Part shown: positions 18,444 to 28,096 of the stretch, piece after piece
Layout: each line of letters opens with the position of its first letter
How positions within the stretch are numbered: position 1 is the first letter of the stretch
NCBI GenBank assembly: GCA_026395815.1
Contig: JAPLXZ010000002.1
Location: forward strand, 1-63,790
From: Candidatus Pacearchaeota archaeon
Lineage (GTDB): Archaea; Nanobdellota; Nanobdellia; Pacearchaeales; GW2011-AR1
DNA: 63,790 nt
Direction: 5' to 3'
Position numbers and translations under genes: made by a program
The notes under the pieces: generated by a model
Seen by the model: the letters and a program-made list of their open reading frames with translations, nothing else
Told to the model about the DNA's origin: nothing
The model's database searches: none

Positions 18444-21107
18444 ATGGTGAAGATTATTTCAAAAAAAATTGTATTTTTTATTTTGGCAATATTCCTTATA
18501 AGCACTATTTCTGCCACATTTTCAAAGGGAAATCTGACATATTCAATAAATAAGATGTACGGGCCGAATGATAAAATCTCTGGATGGATAAACATAAGTT
18601 TAATTAATGAACCGACAAATTCTATTTTTAAAAGTTCTCTTGGAGACACAGAGATAACCTTATCAAATTTGCTTGCAAAATCTTTAAATTCTGGTTTTTT
18701 ATATAACTGCCAACCAACTAACTGCGATTCTGATTATGCTGGAAGCAATTCGGCTGTTTCTAAATCTGCTACCTTGGAAGCCAAAGGTTCTGCTTTATTT
18801 GGATTAAAAATTTCAGGAGATGAGGTTTCTGATATTTCTGACTTTTCCCTTAAAGTAACAAGTAATGTTGGAGAATCAATTCTTTTGCCATTGTCTATAG
18901 ATATTTTAAACGACGGAGAAATTGAATGGAAAGCGCATACCATTTCTAGCAATTTTGGTGTTGAAAGTTACGGATGCTTTGAAGAAGAAGATGTAGTAGG
19001 ACAGGCAAATCTGATACAAACTACATACTGCGAGAAAATGACTATTCCACAAGCTCCTGCAATTGATATAGGAGCATATGTGATAGGAACTGGAAATATA
19101 AATTTTGTGATGAGCATTGAAAGCATGGATGGTTCGGAATATGAATCGTGCACTGCACCAGCTTCTGGAAGCGGAAGAGTCAACTGCACTCTTTCTGACT
19201 TTATAATAGGAGAAGAAAAAGATTATTTTGTTTGCATACAGGCAAAGTCCTCTGCAGATTCAAACAGATACAAGATTGATTACGAGCAAGAAGCTTCCTG
19301 TGGTTTTTCTGGAAGCTATCAAAACAAATACAATTATGATTTTAAAATTTTTGTCAAGCCAAAAAAATTCGGGGCAGTTGGGACTTTCACATTGAACAAC
19401 GATGAATTAAGTGCAGCTGGAAATGACATGGACGTAGAAGCATACATAGCAGATTACATTTACAGTCAATACAACAACAATTGCTCAAAAGATTGTTTTA
19501 TTCCAATAAAGTTTGTTATAGGAGGAGGAGCTAGCCAGCAAATAGACCTTTCAGAAGTTTCTTTAACTTACACCTCTGGAATATCCACAACAACGAACAG
19601 GTTATATGACATTCAGGAAACTCCTGCTCAAATAAGTTCCACTTTCCAAAAATTATACTTGGATGAAGCAGGATTTAAAGTTCCTGGAAATTATGGAAAC
19701 CAGACTTTTTCCCTTAAATTAAAAGACACTACAATCTTTAGCCAGATAATTTCAGTTGAACCTGTCCCAAGAATAAGATTCCTTACTCCTACTATCACAG
19801 CAGCAAAATATCCTACAAAATTCAGGGTATTGGTTAATTCAAGCAGCAGTATAAAACTATATGAGTGGGATTTTGGAACAGGAACGAGCAAGACAAGCAC
19901 AACAAACGGGATTACCTATACTTATGACACTGCAGGAGAATATCCTGTAAAAATAACCATAACTGATGTTAAGAATAAGAGTTCTTCAAAAACTTTTAAT
20001 GTTACTGTTGGTTCTGCTTCCACAATAATCCCCCTACTTTTAGAAGAAAAGAGAGTTAATATTGACAGCATTGAAGCACAAATTGCAGAACTTAGTTCCT
20101 TTCAGCAAAGAGGACTGAATATGGTTTTGAATGTAAGCAGGAATGCAGACAAAATCGAGGAATTAAATAAGTCATTTTCTACTGTTGCTACTGAAGAAGA
20201 TTATGAAGCAATAATGACTGCATTGTTGGGAATGGAAGTTCCATTGATGGTTGCAACCACTACAACAACCGATTCTTTTGTTTTTTACCCTGAAACAAAC
20301 AATATTGATTTGGAAGTGTTAAAACAGATAGGAGGAGGAGATTATGAAGCAGGAAAAGAAGAAGAATACGCAGAAACAATTTTAGGATGGGAAGGAGATA
20401 ATGTTGATGTGATTCTTTCTTATGACGAAATCTCTGCTGTATACGAAAAATATGATGAACCTGTTCTTAAAGTATTTGAAATAACAGTAAGCAAGAAAGG
20501 TGAAAGTACAGGAAATCCATATTTAATTATAAGAAGCATGGAAAATCTTTTGTTTGAGGGGGATTATTCTGAAAAACAGCAATCTGGATATTTTTATATT
20601 GATTTAACTGAAGATGAAAAGACAATAAGGTTTTCAACAACTGAGGACGTTGATTTTGTAAACTTACCTATGTTCATTTCTCCTGCAATAACCGAATTAT
20701 CCATACAACAGCCATGGAGCCCATATGATGAAAAAGGCAGTTTGAAGAAATGGATTGTTTATGTCATAATCTTGTTTCTTTTATTAGGTTCTGGAGTAGT
20801 AGTCTATATTTTATTGCAAATATGGTATACAAAGAAATATGAAGAGCATTTGTTCAAGAACAGGAATAATCTTTACAATATAATTAACTTTATCGAGCAA
20901 TCAAAGAGAAAGGGAATGAGTGAAAGAGACATCATCGCTAAGCTAAGAAAAGCAGGATGGAAGAATGAGCAGTTGAGATATGCCTTGAAGAAATATGCGG
21001 GAAAAAAGACAGGCATGCCTTTTGAATTCCCCATAAAATCGCTTGGTAAAAAAGAGCCTGCAAAGAGTACAGTTAACAAAAACGAATTCTTAAATAGAAC
21101 TCACTAA
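18444..21107 (+). CDS. PKD-domain surface/membrane protein
   Basis: Signal peptide; YEWDFGTG..YTYDTAGEYPVKITITD PKD motif; C-terminal TM and cytoplasmic LRKAGW domain. Confidence 0.85.
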   Translation: MVKIISKKIVFFILAIFLISTISATFSKGNLTYSINKMYGPNDKISGWINISLINEPTNSIFKSSLGDTEITLSNLLAKSLNSGFLYNCQPTNCDSDYAGSNSAVSKSATLEAKGSALFGLKISGDEVSDISDFSLKVTSNVGESILLPLSIDILNDGEIEWKAHTISSNFGVESYGCFEEEDVVGQANLIQTTYCEKMTIPQAPAIDIGAYVIGTGNINFVMSIESMDGSEYESCTAPASGSGRVNCTLSDFIIGEEKDYFVCIQAKSSADSNRYKIDYEQEASCGFSGSYQNKYNYDFKIFVKPKKFGAVGTFTLNNDELSAAGNDMDVEAYIADYIYSQYNNNCSKDCFIPIKFVIGGGASQQIDLSEVSLTYTSGISTTTNRLYDIQETPAQISSTFQKLYLDEAGFKVPGNYGNQTFSLKLKDTTIFSQIISVEPVPRIRFLTPTITAAKYPTKFRVLVNSSSSIKLYEWDFGTGTSKTSTTNGITYTYDTAGEYPVKITITDVKNKSSSKTFNVTVGSASTIIPLLLEEKRVNIDSIEAQIAELSSFQQRGLNMVLNVSRNADKIEELNKSFSTVATEEDYEAIMTALLGMEVPLMVATTTTTDSFVFYPETNNIDLEVLKQIGGGDYEAGKEEEYAETILGWEGDNVDVILSYDEISAVYEKYDEPVLKVFEITVSKKGESTGNPYLIIRSMENLLFEGDYSEKQQSGYFYIDLTEDEKTIRFSTTEDVDFVNLPMFISPAITELSIQQPWSPYDEKGSLKKWIVYVIILFLLLGSGVVVYILLQIWYTKKYEEHLFKNRNNLYNIINFIEQSKRKGMSERDIIAKLRKAGWKNEQLRYALKKYAGKKTGMPFEFPIKSLGKKEPAKSTVNKNEFLNRTH

Positions 21108-21183
21108 AAAATTTTCGTTCTATTTTTAATATTAGCGACTGTATTACTGAAATATTTATAAACCAAAGCGACGAATTTATATT

Positions 21184-21828
21184 ATGGCAATAAAAATTTT
21201 CAGGAATTTTTTTAAAAGAATTTTTATGAGCTTGTTCAAGAATAAAAGAGAAATAAAATTAGGATTTTATGGCCCGCCAAACGCAGGAAAAACAAGCCTT
21301 GCAAATCGGATATGCAAGGATTTTACAGGCGAGGAGATAGGAACAGTGAGCAAAATTCCGCATGAAACAAGAAAAGTTCAATTCAAGGAAAAAGTGGAGA
21401 TAACTTACAAGGGAAAGAAAATGGTTTTCAAGATGATAGACACTCCTGGAATTGCTACAAAAGTAGATTATGAAAATTTCATGAAGTTCAAGATGTCAAA
21501 GAAAGAGGCAAAGGTCAGGGCAAGGGAAGCAACACAAGGAGTTATTGAAAGCATAAAATGGCTCGATGATATGGATATTGTTGTCGTTGTTTTGGATGGT
21601 ACAGAAAATCCTTATAACCAAGTTAACATAACAATAATCGGAAATCTAGTAGCAAGAAAAATTCCGGTTTTAATAGTGGCTAATAAAATTGATTTGAAAA
21701 AAGCAGATATCAAAAAAATTGAGGCTGCATTTCCAGAATACGATGTAGTTGGTATAAGTGCGAGATACGGCGACAATCTGGAAGAATTTTACGAATCAGT
21801 TTTCAAGTTGTCAAAAAAAATTTCGTAA
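21184..21828 (+). CDS. oapA: Era-like GTPase OapA
   Basis: GPPNAGKTS, DTPG, NKID; KSKIPHETR-type G2 region; first of the conserved archaeal three-gene cluster. Confidence 0.85.
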   Translation: MAIKIFRNFFKRIFMSLFKNKREIKLGFYGPPNAGKTSLANRICKDFTGEEIGTVSKIPHETRKVQFKEKVEITYKGKKMVFKMIDTPGIATKVDYENFMKFKMSKKEAKVRAREATQGVIESIKWLDDMDIVVVVLDGTENPYNQVNITIIGNLVARKIPVLIVANKIDLKKADIKKIEAAFPEYDVVGISARYGDNLEEFYESVFKLSKKIS

Positions 21829-21941
21829 GTTTTCGTAATGAGCAAATAAGAAATTTGCCACAAACAAAAAACAGGAATGTTTTTCGTAAATAACAAAACA
21901 GGAAATTTGCCATAAACAAAAAACAAGAAGTTTTTCGTAAA
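21821..21941 (+). repeat. Intergenic direct repeats: two ~40-bp units (21850..21890, 21902..21941) and four TTTCGTAA motifs
   Basis: gaaatttgccacaaacaaaaaacaggaatgtttttcgtaaa vs gaaatttgccataaacaaaaaacaagaagtttttcgtaaa. Confidence 0.85.
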
Positions 21942-21956
21942 GATTAAAAAGCATAT

Positions 21957-22391
21957 TTGGTTAATTATAAAATGAGCAGCAAAAAGAGAGGAGGTGGAAA
22001 GAGTTTAGGAGTAATAAAAGGATTTTCAATCCAGTTCCTTCCTTATTCAGAAATCCGAGATTTAGACAGCGACGAAAGAATAAGAAAAATACTTGCAATA
22101 GTTTTGGGAAATAATATTCTTATACTTCAGGGAAAATTAAGCTCTGTTGAAGAAGCAAGGCTTATTGGAGATACAATGGCGATGATTGGGCATGTAAAAG
22201 ATTTCAAAGGAATAGAACTTGCAGTAATAACTGGAAATGAAAGAGAAAGCATATTCAGAAAAATAACTAGCGGACTTGCAAACGCGCTTGTTGGCGGAGA
22301 TTTCGGTGCTATAACAATAATCGGGCCTGCAACAGTTGTAAAGGAAATGAAAAGAAATCCAAAGAGAATAGAATTATTATTGAATAGATAG
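21957..22391 (+). CDS. oapB: DUF2073 family protein OapB
   Basis: LSSVEEARLIGDTM, FKGIELA, ITIIGPA; start may be ATG 21972. Confidence 0.8.
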   Translation: MVNYKMSSKKRGGGKSLGVIKGFSIQFLPYSEIRDLDSDERIRKILAIVLGNNILILQGKLSSVEEARLIGDTMAMIGHVKDFKGIELAVITGNERESIFRKITSGLANALVGGDFGAITIIGPATVVKEMKRNPKRIELLLNR

Positions 22392-22460
22392 GATTTCTGC
22401 AACAATCTTTGTTGTTGGAAGAAATCCAAAGAGAATAAAATTGCTGCTGAACAGATAAGA
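22352..22460 (+). repeat. Duplicated oapB 3' end (22352..22393 vs 22419..22460)
   Basis: RNPKRIELLLNR* versus RNPKRIKLLLNR*, mostly synonymous differences. Confidence 0.85.
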
Positions 22461-22566
22461 TAAGCAAGTAAGATTTAGTTGAAATAAATATAAATATATA
22501 AAAATGTCACTTTCTAATTCGCAATTAAGTATAAAAATAAGTAACTAAATAAAGATATAAACAACG

Positions 22567-22977
22567 ATGCCACACCAATGCGTCCATTGCGGAAAAATAT
22601 ACCCTGCAGGAAGCAGAGAATTGCTTGAAGGATGCAGCGATTGCAAGAGCCATTTCTTTTTTTATATTAAAGACGAGCAATTTGAAAAAATAAAAGATAA
22701 TCTAATTGAACTTCCTATAAAAGACAAGAAACAGGTTGAAAAAGACATAAGAGAAATGGCTGGGATTGTTGATGAAGAGGCTCCTGTAATCCTGGATATA
22801 GAGTCTGTTAGAGTTACTGGCGATGGAAAGTTTGAGATTGATTTAGTTAATGTGTTCAATAAGAAAAGACCATTGGTATACAAAATAGAAGAAGGAAAAT
22901 ATATAATTGATTTGGCTTCAACTCTCCAGCAGAATGTAAAGGATTTGAAGGAAATAAGAAATCCTGATGAAAAATAA
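22567..22977 (+). CDS. oapC: Zn-ribbon DUF2072 protein OapC
   Basis: MPHQCVHCG..GCSDC..FFY, ESVRV..GKFEIDL, EEGKYIIDL. Confidence 0.88.
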   Translation: MPHQCVHCGKIYPAGSRELLEGCSDCKSHFFFYIKDEQFEKIKDNLIELPIKDKKQVEKDIREMAGIVDEEAPVILDIESVRVTGDGKFEIDLVNVFNKKRPLVYKIEEGKYIIDLASTLQQNVKDLKEIRNPDEK

Positions 22978-23020
22978 ATTTTCTCAATAGACTTATAAAT
23001 ATTATTTTGTTCTATCTATT

Positions 23021-24373
23021 ATGGCTGAAAAAGTCAATTCAATTTTAAAAGAGGTTTTGGAAAAAGTAAATCCTCCTGAAGAAGACACAAAGGAGATTAA
23101 TAGCTTCTTGGGCGATTTTATAAAAAAATTTGAAGCAAAAATGAAAAAGTCTAAGATAAAAGCAGAGATATTTGTTGGTGGAAGTTTTGCAAAAAAAACT
23201 ATGATTAAAAAAGGAGATTATGATATAGATATTTTTGTGAGGTTTGATAAGAAAGAGAAAAATGGAAAGGGGAAAAAGAAAAACAGAGAAGAAAGAAAAT
23301 ATAAAGATAAATATAAAAATGAAAACGAAAACGAAAATATTTCAGAGATAACTGAAAAAGTTCTTAAAGGAATTGCAGAATTCTCAAAGGTTCATGGTTC
23401 AAGAGATTATTTTAAGATAGTCCCAGCAGGCAAGAATTTTTTTGTCGAGGTTATTCCTGTGTTGAGAATAAGGAATCCAAAAGAAGCAGAGAACATAACT
23501 GACTTGTCTTATTTTCATGTTAATTACATAAAAAAGAAAGCAAAATCAAAAAAAATGCTTGAAGACATAAGGCTTGCAAAAGCATTCTGCTATGCGAACA
23601 AATGTTACGGAGCTGAATCGTATGTCAATGGGCTTTCTGGATATGGAATAGAGTTGCTTGTTTATCATTACAAAGGATTTTTGAATTTTCTAAAAGCAGT
23701 GAGCAAAATGAAGGAAAAAGAAGTCATAGACACTGAAAAGCATTACAAGAACAGGTATGAAGTCTTGATGAATCTGAACAGCGCAAAACTAGGCTCTCCT
23801 ATAATCTTGGTTGATCCTACATACAAGCAGAGAAATGCGCTTGCTGCGCTTTCTGAAAAAATTTTTGAGAATTTTAAATCTGCCTGCAAGAGCTTCTTGA
23901 AAAGCCCTTCAACAAGAGCATTTGAAACTAAAAAAACAGACATAGGAAGAATAAAAGAAAATGCAAGAAAGAAAAAACTTGAATTTGTTCATATTGAATT
24001 GGAAACAGATAAGCAGGAAGGAGATGTTGCAGGAAGCAAATTAATCAAATTTTACAAGCATTTGGAATCAGAGGTAAGCAAGCTGTTCATTGTAAAAAAC
24101 AGCGGGTTTGACTATTTTGGAAATAAAGAAGCGAGATGCTTTTTTGTTGTAAAAAGCAAGAAAGAAATAATACGAACTGGGCCTGAGACTTATGACAAGG
24201 AAAACGTATCACTTTTTAAAAAAAGGCATAAAAGAACATTCATAAAGAGCAGCAAGATTTATGCAAGAGAAAAAGTAGAAATGGGAATAAAGCAGTTTAT
24301 CTATGACTGGGCTAAAAAAGGACAAGAAAAAATGAGTGACATGCACATAACAGAAATAAGAATAATCGGGTAA
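23021..24373 (+). CDS. cca: Archaeal class I CCA-adding tRNA nucleotidyltransferase
   Basis: GGSFAKKT..DYDIDIF, CYGAESYVNGLSGY, ILVDPT..RNALAALS. Confidence 0.9.
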   Translation: MAEKVNSILKEVLEKVNPPEEDTKEINSFLGDFIKKFEAKMKKSKIKAEIFVGGSFAKKTMIKKGDYDIDIFVRFDKKEKNGKGKKKNREERKYKDKYKNENENENISEITEKVLKGIAEFSKVHGSRDYFKIVPAGKNFFVEVIPVLRIRNPKEAENITDLSYFHVNYIKKKAKSKKMLEDIRLAKAFCYANKCYGAESYVNGLSGYGIELLVYHYKGFLNFLKAVSKMKEKEVIDTEKHYKNRYEVLMNLNSAKLGSPIILVDPTYKQRNALAALSEKIFENFKSACKSFLKSPSTRAFETKKTDIGRIKENARKKKLEFVHIELETDKQEGDVAGSKLIKFYKHLESEVSKLFIVKNSGFDYFGNKEARCFFVVKSKKEIIRTGPETYDKENVSLFKKRHKRTFIKSSKIYAREKVEMGIKQFIYDWAKKGQEKMSDMHITEIRIIG

Positions 24374-24402
24374 TTCTATTTAATATCTAATTTTATTCTA
24401 AC

Positions 24403-26097
24403 TTAAAATTTGATGTTTCCTTGGAGAGATATTGAAGAATTGTTTGATGTTTCTCCGTCATAGTTTTTCATTTCGTCTTTATAAATGAACTTTAATACGA
24501 AATTTTCAAATGATGCAGACAAGCCAGCATCAATTCCCAATTTATCGGGAGCAAAATCATATACTGATTTTGCCACATACATTCCTGCATTTGCGCTGAT
24601 GTTTTCTGTTCTTACTTTTGCATCTATTCCTAATTCATGCTCATAATTTCTGTAAGCATAATAAGGATTTATTGAAATGGCTGTATTGCTTGAAAATGGA
24701 ATATCTAAAATAACTCCTGCATTAACTTCATCGAATGTTGGAAAAAAATACCCTGTTCCTAAATCTGTCTGCCACATGCCTCCTTGGCCAAGAACATAAG
24801 GAGCAAGGCTTATTTCCTCTATTGGAATTTTATAAGAAGCTCCTGCTTCTAATGACCAATTACTAAAAAGAGAAGTATTTTTTGTTAAAAGGAATTTTCC
24901 TGCGAATCTTGAAGATAAATTAAATCCTTCTTCATTATTCGTATTTACCATTAAGCTTCCTGATGCTCCTGTTACTCCTTTATCTTCGTGTTCTTGCTGA
25001 ATAATATCTCCATATACTACACTTAAAGAAGGAGTTATATCCATAACTTCTGGAAAAGAGAGTTTTCCTTCAATGCCTGCTTGAATCAAATTCATTTCTT
25101 TTGTTGGAGAAGATGAATTTCCTTTTATCTGCCCTATTTTAGCAAACAAACCAAAAAGGTTTAGTTTTCCTGACATTGAATAATCATTTTTAGCAAGAAC
25201 AAGGGAAATTCTTGGATTGAAATCTTCTCTATCAGTCAATGACTTTTTTAAAGTGTTTAAGGATTCATCGCATCCCATAAAATCAAGTATGTTTTTTCCG
25301 TCTTTTGTAACTAATCTATATTTTAATTTGGAATCTTCAAAAAAGAAATGCTCGAATACAGTTGAATCCTTGTCTTTTTGGTATATTTCCAGCATCTTTT
25401 CTATGTTTTTTGTGTCTGAAATTGTTATATAAGCACCGTCTATAATTCCACTTCCATCTTCCCTCTTTAAGATTACATATACATGTCCTGTTCCTTCAAA
25501 GTATCTTCCTGTAACTGCATTTGCTCTTAATCCTAAATCATTTGACAATTGTTCTATATGGGAAGCAATGTGCCTGCAGACTCCAAGAGGGCTATAACCC
25601 CCTGTTGCAAGATAATTCTGCAATTGCTCAAAGAAAGTTTTTTGGGGAAAAACCTCGTTTATTGGCGAGGTATCATCATAACTTCCTTCATATAATGAAT
25701 TTGCAAGTGCGGCCAATAAAACAACTTTTTGATTTTCTGAAAAGCTCTTTGAAGATTCAACAAGATCTTGATAAGAATCAATATCTCCATATTTAACATC
25801 TTCGATCATGTCTTGCACTTGTGTTTTTTCAGAGACGTTAAGTTCTGGAAGATTATTGTATCTGTATAAATAATTAAAATCTCTATCAAAATATGCCCAA
25901 GAATTCTGACCTTTAGCTCCTTCTTCCTGAGTTCCTGTAGAATAATCAACAACAATGCTTATTTTTTGTTCTGACTTTGGCTTTTGAATTTCCTCTGCTC
26001 TTACTGGTCTTCCTAACAAGAAAGCTGAAAGTGCTGCTGTTGCAAGCAAAGCTCCTTTTGAAAATCTTTTTTTATTTTTAGTCATTTTTGTTTTCAT
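24403..26097 (-). CDS. Secreted protein: transglutaminase-like domain plus C-terminal beta-strand-rich domain
   Basis: Signal peptide ending PVRA; GVCRHIA / GHVY / IIDG putative Cys-His-Asp triad; amphipathic strands ending SISLQGNIKF. Confidence 0.6.
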   Translation of the reverse strand: MKTKMTKNKKRFSKGALLATAALSAFLLGRPVRAEEIQKPKSEQKISIVVDYSTGTQEEGAKGQNSWAYFDRDFNYLYRYNNLPELNVSEKTQVQDMIEDVKYGDIDSYQDLVESSKSFSENQKVVLLAALANSLYEGSYDDTSPINEVFPQKTFFEQLQNYLATGGYSPLGVCRHIASHIEQLSNDLGLRANAVTGRYFEGTGHVYVILKREDGSGIIDGAYITISDTKNIEKMLEIYQKDKDSTVFEHFFFEDSKLKYRLVTKDGKNILDFMGCDESLNTLKKSLTDREDFNPRISLVLAKNDYSMSGKLNLFGLFAKIGQIKGNSSSPTKEMNLIQAGIEGKLSFPEVMDITPSLSVVYGDIIQQEHEDKGVTGASGSLMVNTNNEEGFNLSSRFAGKFLLTKNTSLFSNWSLEAGASYKIPIEEISLAPYVLGQGGMWQTDLGTGYFFPTFDEVNAGVILDIPFSSNTAISINPYYAYRNYEHELGIDAKVRTENISANAGMYVAKSVYDFAPDKLGIDAGLSASFENFVLKFIYKDEMKNYDGETSNNSSISLQGNIKF

Positions 26098-26159
26098 TTT
26101 GTTTAGTTAAAATATTATCAGTTAAAAAAATTTCAGCAAATAAATCAATTTAAACTTTT

Positions 26160-27020
26160 TTATTTTGCCTTTGCTTTTATTTTTTTATTTTTTTCACTAA
26201 TAATTTCCTTCAACTCTTTATCTACAATTGCTTTCATTTCTTTATCCCCCATTGCTTTCTCAAACAAAGAACTAAAGGCTTCAACAAAAAAGTCTGAGTT
26301 AAGCCAGACTGCAATATCCTCTGTTCCTGCTTCATTTTTTGAAATGTAAAAAAGTACTTCTTTTCTGTCTATTATGAAAAACTTGGCGTCTATGTCTATC
26401 TTTTTTATTTTTATCAGAAATTTTTCTTCTATTTCCTTAATTAAAACATGGTCTCCTGACAAAGCAATGCTTATTTTTATTCCTGATTTCTTAAGAATAT
26501 TGAATGTTTGGTTGAATAATTTTGTTTTTGATTTTATTTCCTCTGCATTCGTGCAAATAATGACTTCTTTTTTTGCATTTTTTATTATTTCTTTCAAAAA
26601 AGTAGAAATGTTTAATTTTCCTCTTAAAGAAGCAGAAACTTCTTCTCTTTTTATTGGGCTTATTCCTTGCTTGTATATTTCCTCAAGTTTTAAGAATTCC
26701 TCGCTTTCTTTTATTTTTGACAATTCAATTACTCTTTCCTGTGCGCTTTTGCTTATGTTTACTTTAAGTCTTTCAAGGATTATTTGGGGTTTTATTCCTA
26801 AGTATTTTACAGGCTTGCCTATTCTTATTATTGCAAATCCTTTTTTTTCAAGGCTTTCAAGAACATCATAAGCCCTGCTTCTTGGAACTCTTGAAATGCT
26901 TGCTACTTCTCCTGCAGAAGCAACTCCTTTTCCAAGCAAAGCTAACCAAACCTTTGTTTCATAGAGATTAAGGTCAAAGTGGTCCTTAATTCGATTGATT
27001 AAATCTTGATTTAACATCAT
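26160..27020 (-). CDS. TrmB family transcriptional regulator
   Basis: LNLYETKVWLALL..ASAGEVASISRVPRSRAYDVLESLEKKGF; ATG at 27020. Confidence 0.92.
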   Translation of the reverse strand: MMLNQDLINRIKDHFDLNLYETKVWLALLGKGVASAGEVASISRVPRSRAYDVLESLEKKGFAIIRIGKPVKYLGIKPQIILERLKVNISKSAQERVIELSKIKESEEFLKLEEIYKQGISPIKREEVSASLRGKLNISTFLKEIIKNAKKEVIICTNAEEIKSKTKLFNQTFNILKKSGIKISIALSGDHVLIKEIEEKFLIKIKKIDIDAKFFIIDRKEVLFYISKNEAGTEDIAVWLNSDFFVEAFSSLFEKAMGDKEMKAIVDKELKEIISEKNKKIKAKAK

Positions 27021-27027
27021 TTTAAAA

Positions 27028-27291
27028 TTATAAATTACAGTAATCGGTTTCATAAACAGGCAAGAGTTCATCAAGAAGATTATAGCACAAATCGAGTAAA
27101 GAATCTGATCTGTAATTTTCCATTGCGATTTTTATAACTCTATTTTCTATTCTTTGCAAATAATTCTTATTCTTTTCAGAACGCCTTTCTGGTTTTGCCT
27201 TAAAGTAATCGGATATGTACTGATATCTTTCTAATTCCCTTCTTACCTTGTCTTCCTTATCTTCTCTTATTGTCTTATCTGAATTTTCCAT
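27028..27291 (-). CDS. Hypothetical protein
   Basis: 87-aa ORF with upstream TATA-like TTTATAAA; no recognised motif. Confidence 0.6.
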   Translation of the reverse strand: MENSDKTIREDKEDKVRRELERYQYISDYFKAKPERRSEKNKNYLQRIENRVIKIAMENYRSDSLLDLCYNLLDELLPVYETDYCNL

Positions 27292-27412
27292 AAAAAATCA
27301 GTATATTAGGATATTTATAAACCTTATGGTATGTTACCTTTAAGCAGTAACTACAATTAGGCGATTAAGAAGCATATAACATCTAGAATAAGAATCTTTC
27401 TGAAAAAGAATA

Positions 27413-28030
27413 TTAGCAATTACTTTCGCATTCAAACAACTTCATATTATCATTCTTGTTATCTATGGAGCATTTTTGAACACATGATTTACATTGCGTA
27501 AACTGAGGATTTTCTATTTCTTGACACTTGCCATTTTGAATTCCGCATTTTGCATATTGCAGGCATTTATCTCCAAGAGCATACATTGCTGTGCAAGCAT
27601 CAGGAGGATTCGGACCACATTCAATATCCAACCCATGGCAATTTTCTAATGAGCATTCTCCGGGTGTGCAGGTTTTGGGAGAAAATTCTGCAGTAGAATC
27701 CTCTTCTATACTGGGATTATATGTCCTCATACTCATTATATTATTTTGATTATCCACAAAAAAGCACTTTGCTGAAAGAATTGGTCTTCCTGAACCTTCT
27801 TGAACAAAAGCAACATACCATCTATCACTGGCTTTTTCTGTTTTGATGGACTTTGGAGGTAAACTATCAGAAGGATAGTCTTTTAATTCAGGATATTGTT
27901 CCTTAATTAATTCTACTGCGTCGTCATAGGAATTGGATGCATTCAATCTTTGGCGATATAGTATAAAAACGCTGATAGCCAATACAATTACCACTAATAA
28001 TATTCCAATAATCATTTTTTTGTTCTTCAT
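27413..28030 (-). CDS. Membrane-anchored Cys-rich extracellular protein
   Basis: N-terminal TM; C-terminal domain with many Cys (CHGLDIECG, CTAMYALGDKC). Confidence 0.75.
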   Translation of the reverse strand: MKNKKMIIGILLVVIVLAISVFILYRQRLNASNSYDDAVELIKEQYPELKDYPSDSLPPKSIKTEKASDRWYVAFVQEGSGRPILSAKCFFVDNQNNIMSMRTYNPSIEEDSTAEFSPKTCTPGECSLENCHGLDIECGPNPPDACTAMYALGDKCLQYAKCGIQNGKCQEIENPQFTQCKSCVQKCSIDNKNDNMKLFECESNC

Positions 28031-28096
28031 AGAATAAGTTAATTCATATTAATATTTAAATATTTTCAAGGGTTCATTTAGAATATACGATAAGAT

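Noticed and set aside
21821-21941. CRISPR array
   Set aside because: Only two long units with an ~11-bp spacer, and no cas genes in the window
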